Part shown: positions 1-9,250 of the stretch, in pieces
How positions within the stretch are numbered: the stretch's first letter is position 1
Layout: every line of letters starts with the position of its first letter
Assembly: GCA_038214755.1 (NCBI GenBank)
Contig: JBBQRQ010000013.1
Span: 1 to 64,000, forward strand
Reading direction: 5' to 3'
DNA length: 64,000 bases
Source of the DNA: Verrucomicrobiota bacterium
GTDB taxonomy: Bacteria; Verrucomicrobiota; Verrucomicrobiia; Limisphaerales; CANJXF01
Program-made: the position numbers and the translations under genes
The notes under the pieces: model-generated
Seen by the model: only the letters and a program-made list of their open reading frames with translations
Database searches by the model: none
Told to the model about the DNA's origin: nothing

Positions 1-136
1 TTTAACGATTCAACGATTTAACGATTCAACGATTTAACGATTCAACGATTTAACGATTCAACGATTTAACGATTCAACGATTTAACGATTCAACGATTTA
101 ACGATTCAACGATTTAACGATTCAACGATTTAACGA
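1..136. repeat. Tandem repeat, 16-bp unit TTTAACGATTCAACGA (alternating 8-mers), about 8.5 copies, truncated by window start
   Basis: Directly visible; ends 4 nt before the accC ATG. Confidence 0.97.
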
Positions 137-140
137 AACC

Positions 141-1523
141 ATGTTCGAAAAAATTCTAGTCGCCAACCGAGGAGAAATCGCTGTTCGCATCATCCGCACT
201 TGCAAAGAACTGAATATTCGCACCGTCGCGGTTTACTCGGAAGCCGACGCCAACTCCATGCACGTGCAAATGGCTGACGAGGCCATTTGCATCGGCAAAG
301 CCGCCAGTTCAGAAAGTTATTTGCGGATCGATCGGATCATCAGCGCCGCGGAAATTGCGGACGTGGATGCCATTCATCCCGGTTACGGATTTCTTTCGGA
401 GAATGCGCATTTCGCGGACGTTTGTGAAAGTTGCAACATCCGTTTCATCGGGCCGAGTTCTCGCGCCATGAATGCGCTGGAGGACAAAGCCATCAGCAGA
501 AATCTGGCGAAAAAGGCGGGGGTGCCGACTCCTCCCGGTTCCGAGGGCACGGTGGAAACGGAGCAAGACGCGCTGGCGGCTGCAAAAAAAATCGGTTATC
601 CGGTGATGATCAAGGCCGTGGCTGGCGGCGGCGGACGCGGCATGCGCGCGGCGCACAATGACGTTTCACTAGTGAAGGGCTACCACACCGCTCGAAGCGA
701 GGCGGAGAAATCCTTCGGCAATTCTGGCGTTTACATCGAGAAGTTCATCGAAAATCCGCATCACATCGAGTTTCAAATCCTGGCCGATACTCGCGGAAAT
801 ATCATTCATCTCGGCGAACGCGATTGCTCGATTCAGCGCCGCAATCAAAAAGTCATTGAAGAAACGCCCTCGCCTCTGATTGAAAAAAAATTTCCGAAGT
901 TGCGCAAAGAAATGGGCAAGGCCGCGGTCAAGATCGCGGAGGTCGCCCACTACACCAACGCCGGCACGGTCGAGTTTATTGTGGACGACAAAGGCCATTT
1001 TTATTTTCTCGAAGTCAACAAACGCATCCAGGTCGAGCACCCTATCACCGAAGAAGTCACCGGCATTGATTTGGTCAAACAACAAATCATGATCGCGATG
1101 GGAGAGCCGTTGCGCCTTTCCCAAAGTGACATTCATTTTAAAGGCCACTCCATCGAATGCCGCATCAATGCCGAAGACCCGTTTGATGATTTTCGTCCAT
1201 GTCCCGGCCGCATCGAAATGTATTATCCGCCCGGCGGTCGCGGTGTCCGGCTCGACAGCCATGTTTATGCGGGCTACACCATTCCGCCGACTTACGATTC
1301 GATGATCGGCAAGCTCATCACGACCGGCAAAGACCGCCGCGACGCGATGGACAAAATGAGCCGCGCCCTCGGCGAATACATGATCACCGGCATCAAAACG
1401 ACCATCGCCTTCGAGCAAGCCATTTTGCAGGACCCGAATTTCCGTCGCGGCGTTTACTCGACCAATTTCATCGAACAACTTTTAGGCAGTGGGCGGCGGG
1501 AGTTGATTGAGGAAAAGGCATGA
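141..1523 (+). CDS. accC: Acetyl-CoA carboxylase biotin carboxylase subunit
   Basis: [11 protein letters not shown] start, [42 protein letters not shown] motifs. Confidence 0.96.
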   Translation: MFEKILVANRGEIAVRIIRTCKELNIRTVAVYSEADANSMHVQMADEAICIGKAASSESYLRIDRIISAAEIADVDAIHPGYGFLSENAHFADVCESCNIRFIGPSSRAMNALEDKAISRNLAKKAGVPTPPGSEGTVETEQDALAAAKKIGYPVMIKAVAGGGGRGMRAAHNDVSLVKGYHTARSEAEKSFGNSGVYIEKFIENPHHIEFQILADTRGNIIHLGERDCSIQRRNQKVIEETPSPLIEKKFPKLRKEMGKAAVKIAEVAHYTNAGTVEFIVDDKGHFYFLEVNKRIQVEHPITEEVTGIDLVKQQIMIAMGEPLRLSQSDIHFKGHSIECRINAEDPFDDFRPCPGRIEMYYPPGGRGVRLDSHVYAGYTIPPTYDSMIGKLITTGKDRRDAMDKMSRALGEYMITGIKTTIAFEQAILQDPNFRRGVYSTNFIEQLLGSGRRELIEEKA

Positions 1524-1559
1524 AATCCTTTTGAATTAAATCTCAATTTGCGTTAAACA

Positions 1560-1745
1560 ATGGTCATGCAAAAAACGCTGGACACCAATTTAACCGTCAC
1601 TGAAGCCGCGAAAATAATTTCAGCCATCGAAGAATATGACCGGGCGATCCTGCGCCTTTTCAAAAAAATGGATAAGGATCAAGTCGAAATTGAGCGATTG
1701 AAGATTGAGACGCGACGAATGCTGGCGCAAATGAGGTCCGCTTGA
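1560..1745 (+). CDS. Small hypothetical helical protein
   Basis: 61-aa ORF, amphipathic/coiled-coil composition, abuts next ORF. Confidence 0.6.
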   Translation: MVMQKTLDTNLTVTEAAKIISAIEEYDRAILRLFKKMDKDQVEIERLKIETRRMLAQMRSA

Positions 1746-1747
1746 TC

Positions 1748-2005
1748 ATGTGGCAAAAGCTGCTCAGTTATTTTGTCCGGCTTCTGACCCTTGTTGAAAA
1801 AACCGAGCAGAACAAAACGGAAATCAGAGAAATTCGCCAGGAGCTTCGCGAGTTAACCGCCACCGTTCAGAATTTATCTTACGAAATCCACCTACTCCGA
1901 AAGGAGCAAAATCATAAAATGGAAAAGCTCGCTCTGCGTCTGGAAAATGAATTGTTAAAATTTGAGCGCCGGTTGCCGTCTTCCAAACATGACAAAGGCA
2001 AATAA
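1748..2005 (+). CDS. Small hypothetical coiled-coil protein
   Basis: ATG 2 nt after upstream stop; heptad-like E/K/L/R pattern. Confidence 0.65.
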   Translation: MWQKLLSYFVRLLTLVEKTEQNKTEIREIRQELRELTATVQNLSYEIHLLRKEQNHKMEKLALRLENELLKFERRLPSSKHDKGK

Positions 2006-2035
2006 GAAATTCAGCTTGTCACGTCGATTCCCCAA

Positions 2036-2140
2036 GCAAGCCGTTTTGCAGGACCCGAACTTCCGACGCGGTGTTTATTCCCCGAATTTCATTGAACAGC
2101 TTTTAGGTGGCGCGCGTCGGAATTGATTGAAGAAAAGACG
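2036..2140 (+). pseudogene. Degenerate second copy of the accC 3' end ([35 protein letters not shown])
   Basis: Aligns by eye to 1415-1520; mostly synonymous changes plus a 1-nt deletion. Confidence 0.9.
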
Positions 2141-2205
2141 AAGTCACTTTTGCCAATTAAAATAGGATTCTGGGATAAGAATCCAAAAAGCGGGGGCGAT
2201 AAGTT

Positions 2206-2601
2206 ATGTGGACTTGTCCAAAATGTGGGGAACATCTGGATGAGGTTTTCGACTCTTGCTGGAATTGCTCGAGATCAGAACCTGCGCCGGTAGGAAAATC
2301 CCAACCGCGAGCCAAACTGCGATGGTTTAATTATCTGAACGCGGCTTTGATCTCTTATCTGAGCCCTTGGGTCGTTTTGCTTCTCTGGACTGGCGCGACG
2401 TGGAGGCAGGAAATGCACTTCGCTTCACATGGACACGTGCCCCGATTTTTCGATCCGGGTGTTTGCATGTGGATGACTCTTCCCGGAACTTTGATATTCT
2501 TGATACTGCTACGCATTTTACCTCATCCAATCGGACGGAGAATAGCGCTGCTCTGCCTATGGTTGATTGCGGTTTCGGTGCTTTTATACTTTTCCCATTG
2601 A
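2206..2601 (+). CDS. Hypothetical membrane protein with N-terminal zinc ribbon
   Basis: WTCPKC...CWNC followed by three hydrophobic segments. Confidence 0.65.
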   Translation: MWTCPKCGEHLDEVFDSCWNCSRSEPAPVGKSQPRAKLRWFNYLNAALISYLSPWVVLLLWTGATWRQEMHFASHGHVPRFFDPGVCMWMTLPGTLIFLILLRILPHPIGRRIALLCLWLIAVSVLLYFSH

Positions 2602-3266
2602 AATCTATTTTTGATTCTCGCCTCTACACCTTTGTCGATACCGCTTACTTGAATGGGCGCGATGTGGCTTCCGTCGCTCAACAACTTTGCGATGGTGGGT
2701 CGGACATCATTCAACTGCGGGCCAAAAATTCTTCGCCTGACGAAATCCGGCGCATGGCGGAAATCATTTTGCCCATCACCCGTCGCGCGGGAATTCCTTT
2801 CGTCATCAACGACCATTTGCAAATCGCGCAGGAAATCGGCGCAGAGTTTTGCCATCTCGGCCAGGAAGACTTCTTTGAAACGCGAAATGCGGAACGCGGA
2901 ACGCGGAATGTTTCTGAATTAAAAATTCAAAATTCAAAATTAAAAATTGGCCTTTCAACCCACGCGCCTGCCCAAGCCGAACGCGCCATTGCCGCTGGCG
3001 CAGATTACGTCGCCATCGGCCCGATTTACGCGACGGGAACGAAGCCAACTGCGAAACCCGTCACGCTCGAATACATTCGTTGGGCGGCGGCGAATGTAAA
3101 AATCCCGTGGTTCGCCATTGGTGGAATCACTTTGGAAAATCTCGATGAAGTTCTGGCCGCCGGTGCGAAACGTATTTGCGTCGTCTCCGCTATTCTCAAC
3201 GCGTCAAACGTTTCTGAAGCTTGCCTCGCTTTCAAGAAGCGCCTACTGTCCGCCGCTCAAAAATAA
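2598..3266 (+). CDS. thiE: Thiamine-phosphate synthase (contains heptamer-repeat-derived segment)
   Basis: IQLRAK, VIND, HLGQED, IGLSTH, GPIYATGTK, FAIGGI motifs; TTG start chosen at 2598. Confidence 0.92.
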   Translation: MKSIFDSRLYTFVDTAYLNGRDVASVAQQLCDGGSDIIQLRAKNSSPDEIRRMAEIILPITRRAGIPFVINDHLQIAQEIGAEFCHLGQEDFFETRNAERGTRNVSELKIQNSKLKIGLSTHAPAQAERAIAAGADYVAIGPIYATGTKPTAKPVTLEYIRWAAANVKIPWFAIGGITLENLDEVLAAGAKRICVVSAILNASNVSEACLAFKKRLLSAAQK

Positions 3267-3275
3267 ATTATTTGC

Positions 3276-4175
3276 ATGAGCGTTCTCATCGTCGGTTCCA
3301 CCGCACTCGATTCCATCAAAACTCCCAAGGCGGAAAATCCCCGCCTGCTCGGCGGCTCAGCCAGTCACGCCGCGGTCGCCGCCAGTTTTTTTGCCCCGGT
3401 CAAACTCGTCGGCATCGTCGGAAAAGATTTTCCCAAACGCTACGTCTCGCTCTATCGCAAACACAAAATTGATCTGGAAGGTTTGCAGATCGTCGATGGC
3501 AAAACCTTTCATTGGTCGGGCGAATACGAAGTGAACATGAACAATCGTCGCACGCTCGAAACTGAACTCGGCGTGTTCGAAACGTTTTTGCCAAAACTTC
3601 CCGCGTCCTATCAAAAATCCGATTTCGTTTTGCTGGCCAACATCGCGCCATCGCTGCAAAGCCATGTCCTCGATCAGATGCGTCGCCCGAAATTCGTCGT
3701 CGCCGACACCATGGATTTGTGGTTGAACATCGCGCTGCCTGATTTGCTCAAGCTGCTCAAGCGCGTCGATGGTTTTGTGCTCAACGATTCCGAAGCGCGC
3801 CAACTGACGAAGGAGGACAACATCGTCGCCGCGTTGAAAAAAATTCATAAGCTCGGCCCCAAATACGTCATCGTAAAAAAAGGCGAGCACGGCGCAATTC
3901 TTTCCTCGCGAGATGGGTTGTTTCTTTCGCCCGCTTTTCCGCTGGCGCGCGTGGTCGATCCGACTGGCGCGGGCGATTCGTTTGTCGGCGGCATGATGGG
4001 TTATCTTTCGACGGCGGACGGCTCGGTGGATTCCAACATTCGTCGCGCGATGGTTTACGGAAGTGTGGCCGCGTCCTTTTGCTGCGAAGGTTTCGGTTTG
4101 AAATTCACCACGCGCATCACGCGCAAAGCAATTGATGATCGTGTGAAGCAATTGGAAAACCTAGCGCGGTTTTAA
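3276..4175 (+). CDS. PfkB-family carbohydrate/nucleoside kinase
   Basis: GGSA N-terminal motif, NDSEA, DPTGAGDSFVGG signature. Confidence 0.92.
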   Translation: MSVLIVGSTALDSIKTPKAENPRLLGGSASHAAVAASFFAPVKLVGIVGKDFPKRYVSLYRKHKIDLEGLQIVDGKTFHWSGEYEVNMNNRRTLETELGVFETFLPKLPASYQKSDFVLLANIAPSLQSHVLDQMRRPKFVVADTMDLWLNIALPDLLKLLKRVDGFVLNDSEARQLTKEDNIVAALKKIHKLGPKYVIVKKGEHGAILSSRDGLFLSPAFPLARVVDPTGAGDSFVGGMMGYLSTADGSVDSNIRRAMVYGSVAASFCCEGFGLKFTTRITRKAIDDRVKQLENLARF

Positions 4176-4229
4176 TCCTTTCTTGATATCCGCCGACTGA
4201 AACGTAATGTTAAATCACTCAGGCACGTT

Positions 4230-4475
4230 ATGTTTGAACAAGAAAACAAAGCTTTTGAGGAACGCAAAGTTGAATTGCTGAAGCTGTGTCCTGGAAAATA
4301 CGCCGTCTTCAAAGGCAGCGAATTTGTTGGGACGTTTGATACGGCTCAGACTGGTTATGCTGCGGGAATCGAAAAATTTGGAAACGTTCCGTTTCTCGTT
4401 GCTCATGTGGTCGAGCATAAGAGAGTTGCTCAGATGCCGGCTCTTTATCTGGGTTTGATTCATGCCTGTTCATAA
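4230..4475 (+). CDS. Small hypothetical protein (DUF5678-like)
   Basis: ELL...PGKYAVFKG...GTFDT...YAAG.EKFG..PFLV pattern; overlaps next gene. Confidence 0.65.
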   Translation: MFEQENKAFEERKVELLKLCPGKYAVFKGSEFVGTFDTAQTGYAAGIEKFGNVPFLVAHVVEHKRVAQMPALYLGLIHACS

Positions 4476-4917
4476 CGTTCATCCTGACGGACATTCCAAC
4501 GCTTCGTTCGATTTACTTGAATCCCAAGGTTTGCTGTTGGGCATTGAAGTTTCAATTGGCGAAGCCCTCGCCGCCTCCTTAAATTCCACTGGGCTGCCTA
4601 TTCCTCAACCCCGGTCGGGTGCGGCGTTGGTGGATACCGGAGCGAGTTGTTGTTGTGTGGAAGAGTCTCATCTCATTTCCCTGGGATTACAGCCGATCGA
4701 TCAAACGGAGGTTCACAGCCCAAATGGAAACAGAACCCAAAATATCTATTTGGCTCGTTTAACTTTTCCCGGAACTTTGATGCCCACCCTGGAAATGCCG
4801 GTGGTTGGCATTCAAATGAATCAAGGCAATACCATTTCATTGATTGGGAGAGACGTTCTGCGGTATTGTGTTCTTATCTACAACGGGCCGATGGGTTGTT
4901 GTACAATTGCTTTTTAA
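4462..4917 (+). CDS. Retropepsin-like (clan AA) aspartyl protease
   Basis: ALVDTGAS catalytic motif and LIGRDVL C-terminal motif. Confidence 0.8.
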   Translation: MPVHNVHPDGHSNASFDLLESQGLLLGIEVSIGEALAASLNSTGLPIPQPRSGAALVDTGASCCCVEESHLISLGLQPIDQTEVHSPNGNRTQNIYLARLTFPGTLMPTLEMPVVGIQMNQGNTISLIGRDVLRYCVLIYNGPMGCCTIAF

Positions 4918-5004
4918 TTTGAATACTTCCCGCAACTTGCAATCCACCCCAAGCCAATCCATTCTCACCCGCAATCTTTCGAGGCGCGCGTCGCCTGACG
5001 TATC

Positions 5005-6684
5005 ATGAGTAACACTCCAGAAACTGAACTTGATTTAGAAAAACTTTTTCTGCCGGCCTGGGCGCAGGAATCGCCCAACGTAAATAAATATGCCAAACAC
5101 GCCGGCGACGACCGACCGCAACGTGACGAAGGCCGGCGCGAAGGCGCTCGTCCACCACGTCGAGATTTCGGCGGCCAACGCAGCGCTGCGCCAAATCGTG
5201 CATCCGGCGGAAATCGTCCCGGACCATCGCGTGATGGAAAACATCCGCCGGGCGGGGGCGGAGAAAGATTTCGTCGTGACGAACCGCGCGAGTACCGCCC
5301 ACCCGAACCGTTGCCGCAAATCAATGTCACCCTTTTGCCCGATGAAAAAGGAGTCGAGTCACTGGCGCGCCAAATCAAAATGACGGGGCGCGCTTATCCG
5401 CTTTTTGAGATTGCGAAATTGGTCTTGCAAAAGCCCGAGCGCCAACTGGTCAAGTTTGATGTCATCAAAAATGCCGAGGGCAAAATCGCAGAGCCGCTTT
5501 TTCTTTGTGCGCTCGATGATTCGCTTTGGCTCTCCGAGGACGAAGCCGTGGCCCACATTCTTACCAAACATTTCGCCACTTTTTACCAGGCGGAACGCAC
5601 GCCGACCGATCCGCCCAAAGGCACTTACACTTTTGTGGCGCAGTGCGGCATGAGTGGAACCATTCTCGGTCCTCCTAACTATCACGACTATCAAAATCAA
5701 TTGCGCAAACTTCACACCGACCGGTTTTCACGAATGCCATTCGAGGCGTTCAAAGCTCGCGTGAAAATTGTCAAAGACGAAGCCGTCGTAAAAAAATGGA
5801 TCGAGGAGCAAAGTTTCAAAACGGAATTTGTTTGTTTGAACGTGCCCGAAACGACGCGCCTGCAAACTCGCGAAGAGGTGGAAAAACATTTTCGCGAAAC
5901 GCATTTGCCGAACGTCGTCAAGCAAGTCGAGTCGCACACCATGACTGGATTGGCGAGCCGGCAATTGCGTTGCTCGCCGCTGCAGCGGCTGCTTCGTGAA
6001 GCCTGGGAAGAGCAGCGCCGTTTTCCGATCAAGCTGGCGACGATTCTCAGTCAATTGTTTGCTCAGCACGGGTTGCAATTTTTCAAGGTGAATAAAACGA
6101 TCACGCATGTTTCGGTGGCGCGACCGCACTTTCTCGATTTGGAAACGACCCCGGTTTCCGACGGCGTGAAAAAAATTGTCGAGTTCATCAACGCGCATCC
6201 AAAATGTTCGCGGAGAAAATTAATCGAAAGCCTCGCTCCGTCCGGCGCCACACCTGAAGAACAAAAAAACAGCGAGCCGACGCTGGAACAAACCCCGATT
6301 ATCGGCGATTTGCATTGGTTGATTCATCAAGGCCACGTCATCGAATTCGCGGACGGACTTTTGGAGACTGCGAAGAAACCCGCCGTTCGACCGCCCAAGC
6401 CCCAACCGAAAGCGCCGGAGCAAGGGGACAACTTACCCGGCAGCAAAGACGGAAAAATTCCCAACGCCAGTGTCGAAGACATCGAACCGAAGATTGCCGA
6501 ACTGGAAGCGCGACAAGTCGAGACCTCCAAAAATCCTTCCGCTGAAACCGCCGGGACTGCAGATGAGGAAAGAAATAGTTCTGAAACTTCTCTCGCGCAA
6601 ACACCACCGGAGAATTCCGCCACCACTCTGCCGACTGAAAGTCGGCAGCACATTCCTTCGAGCGAAGTTTCCGTCGAAAAATAA
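5005..6684 (+). CDS. Conserved hypothetical protein with disordered R/G-rich N-terminus and acidic tail
   Basis: 559-aa ORF with host-like codon usage, ends 3 nt before helicase. Confidence 0.8.
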   Translation: MSNTPETELDLEKLFLPAWAQESPNVNKYAKHAGDDRPQRDEGRREGARPPRRDFGGQRSAAPNRASGGNRPGPSRDGKHPPGGGGERFRRDEPREYRPPEPLPQINVTLLPDEKGVESLARQIKMTGRAYPLFEIAKLVLQKPERQLVKFDVIKNAEGKIAEPLFLCALDDSLWLSEDEAVAHILTKHFATFYQAERTPTDPPKGTYTFVAQCGMSGTILGPPNYHDYQNQLRKLHTDRFSRMPFEAFKARVKIVKDEAVVKKWIEEQSFKTEFVCLNVPETTRLQTREEVEKHFRETHLPNVVKQVESHTMTGLASRQLRCSPLQRLLREAWEEQRRFPIKLATILSQLFAQHGLQFFKVNKTITHVSVARPHFLDLETTPVSDGVKKIVEFINAHPKCSRRKLIESLAPSGATPEEQKNSEPTLEQTPIIGDLHWLIHQGHVIEFADGLLETAKKPAVRPPKPQPKAPEQGDNLPGSKDGKIPNASVEDIEPKIAELEARQVETSKNPSAETAGTADEERNSSETSLAQTPPENSATTLPTESRQHIPSSEVSVEK

Positions 6685-6687
6685 ATT

Positions 6688-7926
6688 ATGCCTTTCAGTA
6701 AATTTGGACTTTCTCCCGCGATGCTCGATGGCGTCAAAGCGATGGGCTACGTCGATCCCACGCCGATTCAACTCCGCGCCATTCCCATGATCATGGCGGG
6801 AACAGATGTCATCGGCAGCGCCCAAACCGGCACGGGAAAGACCGCGGCCTTCGCACTACCCATTCTCTCCAAGCTCGGCCAACACAGCCAGGCCACGCGC
6901 GTTTTGGTTTTGGAGCCGACTCGCGAATTGGCCGCGCAAGTTGAAACGGCCATTCGCGATTTCGCGCGCTTCACCAATTTGCGCGTCGCGGTGATTTTCG
7001 GCGGCGTTGGTTACGGCAAACAAATGGACGCGTTGCGAACCGGCGTCGATATTCTCGTCGCCACGCCCGGACGACTTTTGGATCATTTGGAGCGCGGCAC
7101 TTGCCGGCTCGACAAGGTCGAATACCTCGTGCTCGACGAAGCGGATCGAATGCTCGACATGGGTTTCCTTCCCGATGTTCGGCGCATCGTGGAACGTTGT
7201 CCGCGCCAGCGACACACCTCGCTTTTTTCGGCGACGATTCCGCCGCAAATCGAGACGCTCATCAAATGGGCGATGAGAAATCCGCAGACGATCGAGATCG
7301 GCGCGCGGCAAACTCCCGCCGAAACGGTCAAGCACGTGATTTATCCCGTCGCTGAAGATCAAAAATCCGATCTACTCCGCGCGTTGCTTGACCAGGTGAA
7401 ATATGAATCGGTCATAATTTTTTGCCGCACGAAACATCGGGCGGATCGCATCGCAAATTTGTTGAAGAAAAATAATCACGCCGTCGCGGTGCTGCATTCC
7501 AATCGCACGCAACGCGAGCGGGAAGAAGCGTTGCTCGGTTTTCGAAATGGGCGTTACGAAGTTTTGGTGGCGACAGATATTGCGGCGCGCGGACTGGACA
7601 TCGCCGACGTGAGCCACGTCATCAATTACGACGTGCCCCAACATCCCGAAGATTACATCCATCGCATCGGGCGCACCGGTCGCGCCGAAGCGAGTGGCGA
7701 TGCCTTCACCTTGATGGTTGCGGAAGATTCCCAGCATGTCGCCGCCATCGAACGGTTCATCAGCCAAAAAATTTCCCGGATAAAATTGGAGGGTTTTGAT
7801 TATCACTACACCGCGCTTTTTGAAGAAGGGAAGCCGGGGCAGCCGCAGGGGTACGAGCGCAAGGTCAAAGGCGTTCGTTTGAGCGGCGGATATTATTTCG
7901 GCCCGGCCAAACGGCGGAGACGTTAA
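6688..7926 (+). CDS. DEAD-box RNA helicase (RhlE-like)
   Basis: PTPIQ, AQTGTGKT, PTRELA, TPGRL, DEAD, SAT, ARGLD, HRIGRTGR. Confidence 0.96.
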   Translation: MPFSKFGLSPAMLDGVKAMGYVDPTPIQLRAIPMIMAGTDVIGSAQTGTGKTAAFALPILSKLGQHSQATRVLVLEPTRELAAQVETAIRDFARFTNLRVAVIFGGVGYGKQMDALRTGVDILVATPGRLLDHLERGTCRLDKVEYLVLDEADRMLDMGFLPDVRRIVERCPRQRHTSLFSATIPPQIETLIKWAMRNPQTIEIGARQTPAETVKHVIYPVAEDQKSDLLRALLDQVKYESVIIFCRTKHRADRIANLLKKNNHAVAVLHSNRTQREREEALLGFRNGRYEVLVATDIAARGLDIADVSHVINYDVPQHPEDYIHRIGRTGRAEASGDAFTLMVAEDSQHVAAIERFISQKISRIKLEGFDYHYTALFEEGKPGQPQGYERKVKGVRLSGGYYFGPAKRRRR

Positions 7927-7988
7927 CACCGGGACTGTGCGTAAAATTTCATTTCGATTTTACTAACACACGCAGAGCGAACTCCGCC

Positions 7989-8133
7989 TATACCGATTGC
8001 CAAAATAAATTTCGGGATAGGAACGCCGATTTCCCAATCGGCACGCCAACGCTCGACGGTGACGAGCCGAACCGGAGTTCGGCGTTCCGTTCCCAGGACG
8101 CCTTTCCGCAAATTTATTTGCGCAATCAGTTTA
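7989..8133. mobile_element. MITE-like composite: terminal inverted repeats around a GGAACGCCGAT...CGGCGTTCC palindromic doublet
   Basis: ACCGATTGCCAAAATAAATTT / AAATTTATTTGCGCAATCAGT inverted ends, TA at both borders; inner element recurs at 48318-48386. Confidence 0.7.
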
Positions 8134-8141
8134 AGCATTTT

Positions 8142-9185
8142 ATGAAAAAAATATTCGTTTCCATTTGTGGAATTTTTCTTTTGTCCGCTTTCGCCAGTTT
8201 CGGTTGGGACTACGAGGGCCATCGCATGGTGAATCAAATTGCGCTCGCCTCTTTGCCAACAAGTTTTCCTGCGTTCGCTCGCCATCCTGCGGTGCAGGAA
8301 CGTATCGCTTTCCTCGCCGGCGAAGCCGACCGCTGGCGCAACACTTCGGAATTGCCGCTCAAACATTTTAACGGGCCCGACCATTACATCGACCTCGACG
8401 AATTGAGCCTCTACAAACTCACGCCGAATTCACTGAGCCATTTTCGCTACGAATTCGTCGGCCAGCTCGCTGTCGCCCGCGCGTTGCATCCGACAAATTT
8501 TCCCGCGATTGATCCGTCGCGGAACGAAGATAAAACGCGCGAGTTGGTGGGACTGCTGCCGTGGGCGTTGACCGAATATTACGGAAAACTGAAATCGGGT
8601 TTTTCTTATCTGAAGACTTTCCAGGAAAATGGCGGCACGCCCGAGGAAATCGCCAACGCGCAACAAAATATTATTTACATCATGGGCGTGATGGGACATT
8701 TCGCGGGCGACTCCTCGCAACCGCTTCACACCACGATTCATCATCATGGCTGGATGGGCGCGAATCCAAAAAACTACGCCACCAACAGTTCCATTCACGC
8801 CTGGATCGATGGCGGCTACATCCACAGCGCCGGGATCAATTTTTCCGAACTCAAACCGCGTGTCAGACCCGCGCGCGTTTTTTCCGCCACGTCCCCCAAC
8901 GCGCAATCGCCGGATATTTTTCCAACGGTGATGGCGTTCATTATTGAACAGCACAAATTGGTCGAGCCGCTTTATCAATTGAACCAGGAAGGAAGTCTCT
9001 CGGATCACGGCGACGCTGGTTCCAAAGGCCGCGCTTTTATCGATCAGCAATTGCTGGCGGGCGGACAATTTCTGGGTGACTTGTGGATTTCCGCGTGGCA
9101 ATCCGCGTTGACCGACACGTTTTTAAAATCGCAATTGTCGAAAAGAAAATTGCCGGAGCCGGTCGGCGTCCCGGCCAAACCGTAA
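8142..9185 (+). CDS. S1/P1-family nuclease, secreted
   Basis: Signal peptide then WDYEGH; ADRWR, HYID, GHFAGDSSQPLH, HAWID zinc-ligand motifs. Confidence 0.85.
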   Translation: MKKIFVSICGIFLLSAFASFGWDYEGHRMVNQIALASLPTSFPAFARHPAVQERIAFLAGEADRWRNTSELPLKHFNGPDHYIDLDELSLYKLTPNSLSHFRYEFVGQLAVARALHPTNFPAIDPSRNEDKTRELVGLLPWALTEYYGKLKSGFSYLKTFQENGGTPEEIANAQQNIIYIMGVMGHFAGDSSQPLHTTIHHHGWMGANPKNYATNSSIHAWIDGGYIHSAGINFSELKPRVRPARVFSATSPNAQSPDIFPTVMAFIIEQHKLVEPLYQLNQEGSLSDHGDAGSKGRAFIDQQLLAGGQFLGDLWISAWQSALTDTFLKSQLSKRKLPEPVGVPAKP

Positions 9186-9250
9186 TTTCACCCTCGTAAA
9201 AAATAAAAATTTTGCTTTGCTTCCGGGCAAAAGCAGTCCAAATAACACCC

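Noticed and set aside
1..136. Possible CRISPR array
   Set aside because: Units are contiguous with no unique spacers and there are no cas genes; it is a simple tandem repeat
4188..4215. dif-like site (TAATGTTAAAT resembles the XerD arm)
   Set aside because: No credible XerC arm at the required spacing
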